Below are positions 12,101 to 45,740 of a stretch of DNA of 64,000 nt, one piece after another (position 1 is the stretch's first letter; every line of letters begins with the position of its first letter). The notes beneath the pieces are model-generated. The model was not told where the DNA came from. It saw only the letters and a list, made by a program, of their open reading frames with translations, and searched no databases. The stretch is from positions 868,001-932,000 of the forward strand of contig NW_026862663.1 in assembly GCF_026571515.1 (NCBI RefSeq), in the 5' to 3' direction. A program made the position numbers and the translations under genes. Origin of the DNA: Ruditapes philippinarum. Taxonomy: Eukaryota.

Positions 12101-14925
12101 TGAAAGTTAAGTGGTCTATTGCCATTAATCAGTCACCAAGTATGAAAGTACAGTGGTCTATTGCTGTTGGTCTGTTGCCAAGTATGAAAGTACAGTGATC
12201 TGTTGCCAAGTATGAAAATTCAGTGATCTGTTGCCAAGTATGAAAATTAGTGATCTGTTGCCAAGTATAAAAGACTGTGATCTGTTGCCAAGCATGAAAA
12301 TTCAGTGGCCTGTTGCCTTTAGTCTGTTGCCAAGTATGAAAGTTAAGTGGTCTGTTGCCATTAATCAGTCGCCAAGTATGAAAGTTAAGTGGTCTATTGC
12401 CATTAATCAGTCGCCAAGTATGAAAGTACAGTGGTCTATTGCCATTGGTCTGTTGCCAAGTATGAAAGTACAGTGATCTGTTGCCAAGTATGAAAATTCA
12501 GTGATCTGTTGCCAAGTATGAAAATTCAGTGATCTGTTGCCAAGTATAAAAGACTGATCTGTTGCCAAGCATGAAAATTCAGTGGCCTGTTGCCAAGTAT
12601 GAAGTACAGTGGTCTGTTGCTTTAGTATAAAACTACGATGGTCTGTTGCCAAGTAAGAAAGTACAGTGGTCTGTTGCCAAGTATGAAAGTACAGTGGTCA
12701 TTTGCCAAGTATGAAAGTACATGTACAGTGATCTGTTGCCAAGTAGGAAAATTCACTGGTCTTTTGCAAAGTATGAAGTACAGTGGTCCGTTGCTTTAGT
12801 ATAAAACTACGATAGTCTGTTGCCAAGTAAGAAAGTACAGTGTTCTGTTGCCAGTGGTCTGTTTCCAAGTATGAAAGTACAGTGGTCTATTTCCAAGTAA
12901 GAAAGTACCGTGGTCTGTTGCCAGTTGCCAAGTATGAAATACAGTGGTCTGTTGCCATTTATCAGTTGCCAAGTATGAAAGAACAGTGGTCTGTTGCCAA
13001 GTTTGAAAGTACAGTGGTCTGTTGCCATTTATCAGTTGCCAAGTATGAAAGTACAGTGGTCTGTTGCCAAGTAAGAAAGTACAGTGGTCTGTTGCCAAGT
13101 AAGAAAGTACAGTGGTCTGTTGCCAAGTATGAAAGTACAGTGGTCTGTTGCCAAGTATGAAAGTACAGTGGTCTGTTGCCATTGGTCTGTTGCCAAGTAT
13201 GAAAGTACAGTTGTCTGTTGCCAAGTAAGAAAGTACAGTGGTCTGTTACTTTGATTTACTTGTTATTGTACTTATAACAATCCTTTTTGCATGTTTTGTT
13301 GTTAAATTTCAATTAAACATTCATTTTATTAAGATTATATATTATTTTCCAGCAATTCAACAATGGTTGGGCTGACTGCTGAGTATGTTTTCACTAAACC
13401 ATTCAATAAACCGGATGATACAAACAAATGTTCACCAGAAGTATCAGAACGATTGAATTTATTGTATGAAGATGAAAATGTCCTCTCTGCTGCCAAAGCT
13501 TTGTGTAAGATCTTTACAGAGAAGAAAGAATGTTTGATACATGGTGACCTACATGCTGGTTCTATTATGGTTAAAGGGACGGACACAAGGATGTTTGATC
13601 TAGAGTTTTGTACTGTTGGTCCAGCTGGATACGACCTAGGGGTTGTACTTGCCAACTTTATTTTCACCTATCACAGACATATTAGTACAGAAGAAGACAA
13701 TGACACCCATCGAGTATTTGCTTACAAGATGGTTGATGCATGTAAAGCATTTGGTAAATATATATATTTATAATATTTACTTTTAACAATTATTATTGTA
13801 CTGTCAATAAACTAAAACATGTAATTAAGCATGGAGTTTCATAAATTATGATTTTGTTACCTAAGTGCAGTAACAAGTTAAATCCTTTTATAATTTTATA
13901 GGAGTTAACCTATTACTACACTTGGGTGACATTTTCAACCTGTGCAATGAAGTGTAGACCATCTTTTACGTATTTTCAATATTATGTTTTTTTAAGATAA
14001 TCCAAGAGTCGTAGAATATTACACTTGTTAAATTGAGCTTCATAGTCTTCTTGATAAATATGATTTGTTAAATCATAAGCGTAATTCATAATCATACTCC
14101 CCTTTTGATCTTTAGTTGTAAAAAGCACATTTTTTGTGTGAATGATACACCCTTCAATTTTAATAACTCAAATGTATTTTTACTACATTACTTCATCTAT
14201 TTACATGAACATTATTACAGTGAACATATACCTGGAGAATATGTCAGAAAGTACAGGTAACAGAGATGAGTATGTTAGCAAGCTTCTGTCTGAAACTGCA
14301 GGATTTACTGCCTGTGAAATCATTAGAAGGTAATACTCTTATTTTGTATTTATTTCAAATATAGAAATTAACACATTTGCATCTTTTTAATAAGTAAAGT
14401 AGGTAAGGTCTTTTTAGTATACAATTCATGAGTTAACATTTACCGAATAGTCAAAACAAGTACATGTAAAGGACTTTGATACTTAATAACTTATATACAT
14501 GGCCGAGTGGTTAATTTGTCAGACTAGTAATCTAAGGATTGCTGGCTGTGTGGGTTCAATCACCCTCAGGGGCAAGCAGTTGTTTCCATGAGCAAGAAAC
14601 TTAACACTAATTACTTAGTAGTGGTTGATTCCAAGAATGAATTTGAGTGTTTCAATAAGTTTATAGCTTCCTACACAATCAAACTAAATGATACAAAAAG
14701 TTTTTCCCAGTAAACATAGTATTATATGACTGTATTGCTTTATATATTACCATTTATATTTATTGTAACTGTTGCAGGTTAATTGGTGCTGCACACTATC
14801 CATACTTAGATGGCATGCCTTTAGCAGAGCAAGACTGTCTGGATACAGGGACAACACTTCTAAATGCTTATCATAGAATACATGACATTGATAAATTCCT
14901 TATCATTGCCTTTAAGCTGGTTTAA
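9173..14925 (+). CDS. mtnK: Methylthioribose kinase-like protein (MtnK/MTK family), ~381 aa; exons 9173-9232, 9958-10083, 10525-10654, 10815-10986, 13353-13753, 14221-14329, 14778-14925
   Basis: Exons join in frame (1146 nt, no internal stop). Family motifs EIGDGNLNVV, SVIVKHSLPY, YPLGVARIDAE, YLEDL, VFTKPF, LIHGDLHAGSI, DLEF, GPAGYDLG, GFTACEIIRRLIGAAH. Exon 1 is the least certain. Confidence 0.9.
10220..10447. mobile_element. Short TTAA-flanked MITE-like insertion in MtnK intron 2
   Basis: Begins ttaacctt and ends aaggttaa; a similar element lies at ~61349-61530. Confidence 0.45.
11520..13250. repeat. Complex minisatellite with ~28 bp core gccaagtatgaaagtacagtggtctgtt and ~41-43 bp extended variants, in MtnK intron 4
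   Basis: Dozens of directly visible tandem copies; a mixed block starting near 11878 recurs near 12198. Accounts for the repetitive ORFs between 11519 and 13224. Confidence 0.95.
14500..14690 (+). mobile_element. tRNA-derived SINE with CORE-like domain in MtnK intron 6
   Basis: A box tggccgagtggttaa, B-box-like gggttcaatc, CORE-like ccatgagcaagaaacttaacac, 3' end cacaatcaaactaaat. Confidence 0.7.
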
Positions 14926-17900
14926 AGACAATTATGTATAGTATTGAAACTAAATGATTCTGTGATAAACTTGTTTTAATGATTAATTTTGTAGTGTATT
15001 TACATACAATATGTATTTATCACATATCAGTTATAATTATCGTTAAAATGTATGTAAAATTGAATTATGTTCACATTCCAAACATCAAAAGTTTACATGT
15101 TTAATCAAATTTTTGAATGATGTTGAAATAGTTTCAATAAATAAAATTATAAAGCAATCAAATTTATATATACATGGATAAGATTTCATCATCCCCCAAC
15201 TTCAGTGACTACCTCTCCTCATGTGATTGTTTATTCTTAAGTCAGTGACAACTTTGCTTGTAAAAATGGATGATAGTGTCAGGATTGTCGTAACAACATT
15301 TATATTTGAAATACTAGTAATTCAAGTCTTTTACTGACTGCAAGCAATTATTAAATGAATTTTCAAGTGAGAACACTCCACTATGATAGAGGTAAATCAC
15401 ATTAAGTCTTGATTACATCTTGGCACCTGTAGGGTAAACTCCCAAGTAGTTATTGAACTAAATTTGTTTTAAGTGTTAAAAGTCACAGTGACCTTAACCT
15501 TTGACTAACAAAATGTTACCAGTATTGTGATAATTTACAAGGAAGATGGGTGTTATTTCATCTGATTTTAATAATTTACTAGTATCTGTAAATATTCTAA
15601 TTTGCTGCAGACTTTATGGAAGATCTCTTGTATTTTTTTCTAAAATTTGACAGAAGCATGCTTATTTGTGTACATCTACATCATACATCTCTCCAGCAAT
15701 TTCAATCTATTATTTTCACAGTGTCCATCCAAACATTCACAAAACTATTTCCGTCAACATTGTAATGTAAAGAGAAATACACTTCTGTGCAACATATACC
15801 TAGCTGTAATTCAGCATTATGGTCAGTGACCTTGACCTCTTTAACTAGTCATCTTTATATTCTTACTAAAATGCATACATTCAATGACGTCGTTCAATGC
15901 TTTACATATAAGTTATTGCAGTCTTGAACATACAGGTTTAACAATATATTCAATTATTTGAGAAAAACAGAAGTGATATCTATTACTGTCTAATAGCATA
16001 GCATGTTTGAAAGAAAATCAGCATTTAACAGACTTGTTCCAAGAATTTTAAGCATTTTATATGATGATGATGGTTTATTAACTGCAAGCATTCAATGTCA
16101 TTCAATGAAAAGACTCAAGAATTAAGAATATTTTTTTTTTTCGCTGCTAATCCATACCTTCTAACAAACTTTTACAGTTACAAAAATAAGCAAAACAGGT
16201 TGACCAATCTATTGTGACGGTTATTGCAACATGAAGCTATAATGGTAAAAGTTAGTTTGTACCTACAGATTAGCTGGGAAAAACCCAAACTTGCCGAGTT
16301 CCGGAACGTCCATTGTCTGCTTTAGACATTGCTTTTCAAGCATTTCCAAATAAGTCAATACTAATTTTATTATACAAGTATATTTGACATACATTAGATA
16401 AAAGTCAACAACACACTTAGAATTCAAAAATTTATTCTATAGAAAAAAATCGTCAATATTGCATTATGTTTTAGAAGTGTGTAAATAAAGAGTTTGAATA
16501 TAGTTATGTGTTTATTATGCATATTATACTGTAACCCTATAGTGAAATATATAATTCTCTGCCCTGAACATATTACCACTGTCCTTTATTTTATTGTATA
16601 ATTTTGATTAAACGAAATAATATCTTAATAAACAGATGCACTGATTAAACAAGTGGCATATCATTTTAAAGCTGTACCATATAATACTCAAGGCAGAATG
16701 ATAATAGTATATTATCAAAAGTTTATATAAAGTGCATGTAGGAATGTAAATATTAGAAAAAAGTAGTACATGTACATTAAATGATTAATGTTAAATACAA
16801 TTGTCTTTATGTCATTCACAATTAACAATATCAACATCTGGTTAACATATTTTGATATGTTATGTCACAAATATTTTTTTTTCATTCATTAAATGCTTAA
16901 TTTATAAAACATTATAAGAAATTCAACCATGAAAACTAACACTTTTAAATCAGGACTGCTTAACAGGTGTACAAAATACATCCATATAGCTGCATTATGT
17001 TTAAACTAACATGCCCACTGTTATCTCCAAGTGACCACAATAAAGATGATGTAAACTTTGTCAGTCAATAAACCTGTTCTCATTTACTAAAGGTCAGAAA
17101 CTTGCATCAACATCTAGCTAAAATATCAATCACAGGTCTCTTTCATCTGACATGTCAAGGTCAGTAAATCATACCAGAGAACAACATAATCTCTTAAACC
17201 TAAGATTGCTGACACTGAAATTCTAAATTAAAGAGCCGAGCTCAGCACCACATCTGGGCAATCTGTACTGTAACCTGACCAACTGTGAACCTTGACATCC
17301 CTTTAATTGATAATGGACTGTGCTAAATTGAAAACAAGCAAGCACAGCAATTAATACTGGAATACTCATTAATTAAATATTTTAAGTTCAATAAAATTAA
17401 CAATATGTCTAAGAACCTGCCAGGTGTGACATTTTTTTGACAATGTAAACCATTTTTTTCAATGATGCAAACTTTTCATATACCTAATTGGCCAAAATTA
17501 GCCATAATTAGTTGGCAAACTATTACTACAAATGCACTTTATCTAAATATCTACACATGTGAACATGCATGTCATATTAAATGTTTAAAATTGTTTCAGC
17601 AGAGAAATACATAACAAAACAACCAGTATCAGCAACCTGTTTGTAAACATCACATAGATAAACAAAAAATAACTGCACCAATAATGTTTAACAGAGACAT
17701 ATACATGAAAGATCAAAGTGTATAATCTATATACCAATACTATCATTAGTATAAACCTGTCAGAAGTGAACAATCTTACTTTTTTCTGCCATAAGTTGAT
17801 TATATCTAACAAAGAACCAATTGATGAATGTTCCATTACAAAATGTTTTTACTTTGACATAGTTAAAATAATTTATTTCTTGTACAAGTTTTGAATGCAT

Positions 17901-20633
17901 GTGGAGATTAGTTTTGCATACATCAGCCAGCATGTACATCATTCTATGCAGTCTGATAACACACTGTATATTGCTGTCTGCTCAATCTTAATTTCTTGAT
18001 ACAAAATCACCTTAGAATATACATGTATATACACCTAATTGGAAGGCATGCTGCTGTAAACATTGTAAAGAGAATCTCAAAAGGTGAAGATGAAAGGCAT
18101 GTGTACAGAGTAGTATAATATTGCACTGCTTATATATTATAACATATGGCACTGTGCAATCTATATCCTGTAAAACATATGGAATTATGAGCTATTCTTG
18201 ATTACATTTACTACAAAAAGATACTACTCAATGTAGCTCGGACTATTCTTAAACAACTACACTTTAATTAGTGCATGTTTATAAGTGCAAGATAATGAAT
18301 TGAGATGTCTACAAAACTGTTAACAAATGAAAAAAAAAACATTTCCTAATAACTATATCTATGGTAAGTTCACAACGCAAAATGTTCAATTATAGAATAT
18401 ATACATTTTGTCAACTCACATGCCTACTTCTACCTGAAATACATGTTATATTCCGAAGGGCAACTGAGTTCCAATAAAGCTGGAAAGTTGCAATGTCAGC
18501 TTGACTTAAAACCCAGCCCCCAAAAAAGTTATTACAATTATATATTTTGATGTCATTTATAAAAAGATAGGAGAAAAAGTTCCGTCATCTGTTCAGTATA
18601 TTTTCTGATCCAACTTTCATCCTGTATAAGTGACATTATACATATATTTACAGTTTAAAAGTACATTGTAATGACAAGATCACGACATTCATCATTTCTA
18701 CTGACTAGCAATATATTCTAATACAATACAATCATACAAATTTTGAACACAGTGTTAGTTTGCAGTAATACAAATATATACAAATATACAGTGTTGTTAT
18801 TCAAACAGCAGTGAGGTTTAGGTTTAAAAAAAGTTTACATTTGGGTCACATCTGTTATAAGCTTGCTTATTTTGTTATATTATTCCATAGCACTTTCTAT
18901 TACAGTCATCAGGACTTCCAAAAATGTCACAGGATGATCTAGGAATAACAACAAATTCAACCAACCAAAAATCTAAAATTTTTAAATCTCACTTTACAAT
19001 GGTTTATGGTAAATCTATAATGTCAAATACTGCATTGATCAGTAAAACGATTGTAAAGGAACAGGAATATGCTACATCCTCTGCAACTTGAAAACAATCA
19101 GGTCTACTAATGGCCATTCATTCTCTTCTCCAACTATATTAAAATATTGTTATTAATGACCTGTTCAAGGTTGTTCTACTCTTATAATGTTTTGAAGGTA
19201 TTAATCAGTGCTAGGTTAATATATAACACGCAACTAATCTCCTATATATTTTCAATAACATTTTTCACTTGTAAGTGCAACATTTTTTAAGGTACTAGTA
19301 GTAAAACAATTTAGAGGTATTAAGAAATGGATATCCTACACAATTATTCCATGAAACAATTTTGAAATCTGTCTCCTTTTTTTTATTGTAGTTAAGCATA
19401 TAACAACTACCTATATTTCAAAGGATATAAAACAATACAGTTCTCTTTGAAGTTTGGTCAAAATTGACACCATGGTTATAGAGGAGACATTATTGTGCAT
19501 ATTGTAGATGGACGGTTGATAAAATACAATGATACTAAGCTGTCAATGAGGTGAAAAAGTGACTCTTTTTAAGCCAAATCTTTGTTCTAAACAACCATAT
19601 ACGTACAATCATTATTCACTTGACTCTGCCCAGTTTATGTTTTACAAAACATTTTGTCGTTTTTATCAAATTATATACATATACTATATCATACATTCAT
19701 AATGTAAACAGAAACTTAGTTTCAAAGTAATTAAAAAAACAAAACACATAGCTAAACAAAAGCACTTTGAAGCATTATAGTTTTGTAAACTACAAGAATA
19801 ACAAAGCAAAATAAAATATTAAAAAAAAATACAATATAAATGACTAATGAACATAGCTTGTAATTTGGAATATAAATGACTAATGGATAAAGTTGGAATA
19901 TTTTACAACTCCCTGATTATCATATGACTTAATGTTACTTTTACACAGCACTGATGAAAAAGACAGTATCTAAATGCATGCCATTTTACACAATACCCGG
20001 TACTTTCATAAACATTAAACCACCTGATGCTTGTAAATCTTTAGGTTATATAAGAAAGAACTATTTTAGTACACAATTTGATCTGAGAAAGTGAGACCAA
20101 CTAAGTATGTAATATCTTACCATATTCCTAACACAGATTACATTATTTTGATACAATTTTTGTAAATTTAACTTCAAATTATTTTAATTATCTCAATACA
20201 TTTCATTCTTGATGAACTGTTAATCTGCTAATTTTTTTCAGCGAAAGTGCCAGACATTTTGTAGCGACCCACCAACTTTGCAAGCCATACATAAATCTGA
20301 TGATCCCAAAAATATCTAAAATTTATGCCATAAAAATATCAAAACATTATGGTATGGTCATCTTACATATTCAATATTTAAAGAATGACAATCACGTGTC
20401 ACAAGTATGAATAATAAGTTTCCAACAAAAGGCCATACTAACCAATCTTATCTTAATTAGCGCAGGCACAAGAATATAACATTAAATTGGCTTCCAGTCC
20501 ATGAAAATAACATGAAAATAAAATAATATGTAGGAAATGAATGACAGAACAGTTTTTTATAACTAACAAAGAGCTAAGTGTGTCATAATTTTTCAAAATG
20601 TTCTCATACAGTTTTTGTCATTTTAAAAGTTAA

Positions 20634-20989
20634 AGGGACTCCACTGAGTTTTTCAAATTGATGGGAAATCAAAATCAAAATAATTTTTTGAGTTTACTGT
20701 TCTATTTGACGTAGGTCTAGCCTGATAACTTGTGTGCAAAATTTCACATCAACCGCTAATTTTGTTTTCCCAGCATAATAATTCTACTTGTGTAAAATGA
20801 CCCAAAATTTAAAAGCATTGCAAACTTTTCACTCCAATTGAGTTATGTATAGCAAAAATACCATTTTCAATTTATTTCTGGGTATATTTCTTAATTCTCT
20901 TTAGCAAATCGCTCTGTTTTAAGGACCCAAGCTGATGTTAAAAATTCGAATTTTATGTTTTTAGGCTTTTGGACCAAAGTGGAGTTCCT
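20634..20989. mobile_element. TTAA-flanked MITE (Kolobok-like AG...CT termini)
   Basis: TTAA|AGGGACTCCACT ... AGTGGAGTTCCT|TTAA: 12 bp TIR with one mismatch. Confidence 0.7.
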
Positions 20990-21594
20990 TTAATGGGTAT
21001 TTAAAATTAAAACCAAAGCTTGCCTGTAGAAAAATTTTTGTATATAAGTGCATATAGGTGGTCAAATGAAAAATCTCAAATAATATACATGAAAATGATA
21101 CAAACTATAAATGGTAAAAACTAAATAATATAATGGCTCGGTCTGGTAAAAAATAAAACAAAATACAGAGCATATTTATAACTACAACAACAAGAAAATG
21201 AGAATTTTTGTCAAGTTGTAATACACAGTATATAGTTATGCAACAAAAGAATAAGAATTGAGCATCAACAAAAAGGAAAATATACATAAGAAGGAGCAAA
21301 ATGAACAGATTTCTCACAATGGCAAAGCACAAGAAAACAAAGTTAATGAAAAATAATTTTTCACCTAGAAAAATATTTTTTTTCTTTAATATTAAAATGA
21401 GTCTAGTTAAATTTTAACAAAAATATTTTATTATATTTTTATATATCTTAGAGAAAACAACTGAGAATACTGTTTGAAATGTGTTCACAACAGAAATGAT
21501 AATTTGATACAAAAACTTTCATAAACTAAAATTTATTCATGTTTTATTTTCAGAAATAAAATTGTCTTATTAAGGAAGGATTGTATATGGACAA

Positions 21595-42006
<20,412 letters not shown>

Positions 42007-42177
42007 GCCTTCATGTATTGACCTAATTTGTGGGTCATGAACTTACATGGTCCAATCAAATCCTTCGTTACATATTATTTTTGACATTTAATGCACGTGA
42101 TGCGGAAGTCAATGCTGAATCACTTATCGCAAACATAAAACACAATTTTCGGCTTAATCAGCATAGTTTAAGTTAGA
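42007..42177. promoter_or_regulatory. Bidirectional promoter between ECD and LAMTOR2 (171 bp between ATGs)
   Basis: Divergent start codons at 42006 and 42178; CCAAT at ~42052, E-box CACGTG at 42094-42099, ETS-type CGGAAGT at 42103-42109. Confidence 0.7.
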
Positions 42178-44046
42178 ATGTTAAAACCAAAAGCCTTGAC
42201 GCAAGTTTTAAGCCAAGCTAATTCCGGAGGCGTTCAAAGTACCCTGTACGTATGATTGCAAAGGTTGTTCTAGTCCTGAAATTCATAGCCGGTGCAATTT
42301 AGTTTTATCCTCGTTAAATAAGTCCCATTAGGCTGACAATACTGAATTAAATCATTAAATGCCATTGCTATCTATTTGTTTTTGTTCGATGATAAAGTTA
42401 AAAAAGTAAGGCATAGACAGTCAAGTGTTTTGTTTGAAAACATATAGATGCATACACTTTTATTCATTCAAAATAGTGTATTTTTAGCACCACTTCTTCA
42501 GTCTAGTGTCTGTAGCTCTATTGCTTTTCTTAATAGTATGGAAGAATTAATATGTTGTCGACATTTTTTAAAATATATTTTGGGTGAAATTAAATGATTC
42601 ATTGCATTGGAGAAATATTTTCTGCAAGAGGAAGTATGTATGTTCTTAAAATTATCTTTCAGGTTGCTCAACAATGAGGGAGCGTTATTAGCTTATTCTG
42701 GTTATGGTGACAAGGATGCTGCTGTGACAGCAGCCATTGCTAGCAATATCTGGTCCACATATCAGAGATCAGGTGCAACAGCATTAACGGATGATAAACT
42801 CAAATTTGTCTTACTTGACTGTGAGGTGAATATGTCTTGCAAACTTTGGCTCTTAACCCTATACTTTATGGAACCAAGAGATTGTAGATGAAATCTTAAA
42901 GCTTTTTCAATGAAAACAATAAGTATCAGTATCAAATATTCAGTGCAAAGTGTAAAATTAAAGTACAGTCATGTAATTTCAGATTAAACGTAAGAAAAAA
43001 ATAGTGGTGGTATTGTTTTAACAATCTTATACCTGTCATCAACCAGTAGCTAGGCTGTTATGTCACTTGTACATGATTTCTAGTTTTTTTATTGTTGATG
43101 TAATGCAAAGTTTTACAAACAATTCTTGATAATGATTTTTTTTCATTTTACCATTTACAGGAGGGTAAAGTAGCCATCACACATGTTGCCAATCTTCTTT
43201 TATGTCTGTGTTGTAAAGAAAATGTTGGATTTGGAATGTTGAAAGCAAAGGTTTGTATCTTAGTTGAATCTTGTAAATTTATGCATTAGGACGTTGTTTA
43301 ATGGTCTTTAAAAATTGGTAGAGTTTAATGATTACTGTTTAACATAGGTAAGCAATTTCAGTACACATAATATCTCTCAGAAAAATTCATTAGTAATGTT
43401 AATGTTTAATTACAAGTTAATGTTTACAATACTTCAAATGTGTTCAAATGTAAATTTTAAATAACTACATTGTACTTGAAATATTGTCCACTTTCCCCCA
43501 TCAAATACAGAGACACTAAAATCAAAATATATTTAGACTATTTTTGATCATGTTGTTACCTATACTAAATATATATGTTGCTTTTCATTCACATTTTACC
43601 GCCTGATGCATGTTAAATGTATATTATGTAATCTGTGACGATTGGAAATAAAGTTATTTCTATTGCATTGTTGTATGTCCAACACAAGAATTGTTTAGCA
43701 AGTTACAATTATACATTTGGAAGTAAATTTCTTCTGAGTATGCAAGTTATAATCATAAAAGCATTCAAATTTGTCAATAAAAACATAGAAAGAAATTAAT
43801 GGCATATTTTTACAAACTATATTGTAGGTATTACACATGTGTTCATTTTCATTAATTTGAATAAGATAGCAAATCAACCAAGACTTGCCAAAAGCTCTAA
43901 TTTCACAGTTACAATAGGTGAGAAATGTCGCATTGTATTTGTATGCTAAAAAAACATTGTATTTTACTGTGATGATATATTTATTTCAGGCTGAAGCATT
44001 AGCTGTTTACTTAGAGGACCCTCTGTCACAGATAGCAGCCTCCTGA
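42178..44046 (+). CDS. LAMTOR2: Ragulator complex subunit LAMTOR2, 125 aa; exons 42178-42245, 42663-42825, 43161-43250, 43990-44046
   Basis: [53 protein letters not shown]...[19 protein letters not shown]...[27 protein letters not shown]; 378 nt in frame. Confidence 0.97.
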
Positions 44047-44449
44047 CATCTTTTATTCACTATAAAAACTTTACTTATTATAAAATATGATTACCCGAAA
44101 TACTCACTGGAGTGTGTTAACTCTAAGATATGAACTGAATTTCATAGATGGACACACACACCTTGAATACAACAGAACCTCTTGACATGCTTGATATAAG
44201 TGAGTCGGAATCATTTGAACATTAAGAATATATTGAAATTTGTCAAATGTTATACAAAAGATGTCTCTTATTTCAGTTTGTCATTTGATTTATCATGCTG
44301 TTATCCAAAGTTTGACTTTCATAATAAATGTCTGAATATTTTTATAGCTTTTCTTTGTTTACAATACAAATAAATGAGTGCTAGTGTGATGAAAAACTTA
44401 TTTAAAAGTTGAAAGATGATGTGTTTCTTGGATGAAATTAAATTCTAGT

Positions 44450-45740
44450 ACTGTGTCAGATATCATAAACATCGTATTAGGTATCATGTTAAAATTGTGG
44501 CATGTTGGGCAGATATTATATTAAACACTGTGGCAGGTATCATGTTTAACACTGTCAGATAACGTGCTTATACATAGTGTTACACATCATGGTGTGTCAG
44601 ATATCATTTTAGATCATATTGTTTCAGATGTTGTGTTAAATATTGTGTCAGGTATCATAAATTTTGAGTCAAATATGTTGAAAACATTGAGTCAGGTTTC
44701 TTATTCAATATTGAATCAGATATCATTTATCATAAGTTTCAGATATCATGTTAAACACTGTGTAAGATAATAAGTTGAATAATGAGTAACGTAGGATGTT
44801 AAACATTGTGTCTGATGTCATGTTAAACATTGAGTCTGATGTCATGTTAAACATTGAGTCTGATGTCATGTTAATCATTGCATCTGATGTCATGTTAAAC
44901 ATTGTGTCTGATGTCATGTTAAACATTGTGTCTGATGTCATGTTAAACATTGTGTCTGATGTCATGTTAAACATTGTGTCTGATATCATGTTAAACATTG
45001 TGTCTGATGTCATGTTAAACATTGAGTCTGATGTCATGTTAAACATTGAGTCTGATGTCATGTTAAATATTGAGTCTGATGTCATGTTAAACATTGAGTC
45101 TGATGTCATGTTAAACATTGTGTCTGATATCATGTTAAACATTGTGTCTGATGTCATGTTAAACATTGAGTCTGATGTCATGTTAAACATTGTGTCTGAT
45201 ATCATGTTAAACATTGAGTCTGATGTCATGTTAAACATTGTGTCTGATGTCATGTTAAACATTGTGTCTGATATCATGTTAAACATTGTGTCTGATGTCA
45301 TGTTAAACATTGTGTCTGATGTCATGTTAAACATTGTGTCTGATGTCATGTTAAACATTGTGTCTGATGTCATGTTAAACATTGAGTCTGATGTCATGTT
45401 TAACATTGAGTCTGATGTCATGTTAAACATTGAGTCTGATGTCATGTTAAACATTGAGTCTGATATCATGTTAAACATTGTGTCTGATGTCATGTTAAAC
45501 ATTGCATCTGATATCATGTTAAACATTAAGTCTGATGTCATGTTAAACATTGAGTCTGATGTCATGTTAAACATCGTGTTAGATATGTTGAATACAGTGC
45601 CAGGTATGATGTTAAACATAATTTCATATATCATGTTAAACATTGTGTAAGGTATAATGTTAAACATTGATGACAAATTAAATATTGTTTCAGGTAAAAT
45701 GTCAAAATTTATGTCAGATATCATGTTAACATTCTGTCAG
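44450..45740. repeat. 24 bp minisatellite (tctgatgtcatgttaaacattg[t/a]g)n; homogeneous core ~44796-45575 with decayed flanks
   Basis: More than 30 near-identical tandem units; source of the 333 aa and 284 aa repetitive ORFs. Confidence 0.96.

Noticed and set aside
11519-13250. Repetitive ORFs and superficially CRISPR-like periodicity
   Set aside because: There are no unique spacers and no cas genes; it is a minisatellite in a eukaryotic intron.
9173-14925. Bacterial contamination as the source of mtnK
   Set aside because: Six GT-AG introns containing host-type repeats, host-like base composition and contiguity with ATF4.
15200-21500. Additional gene between MtnK and ECD
   Set aside because: Only short low-complexity ORFs with no recognisable domain or consistent exon chain; probably UTR or intergenic DNA. 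A non-coding RNA cannot be excluded by eye.
44723-45724. 333 aa (-) and 284 aa (+) ORFs of 8-residue repeats
   Set aside because: Both arise from a 24 bp minisatellite whose unit is a multiple of three and lacks stops in those frames; there is no unique domain or gene context.
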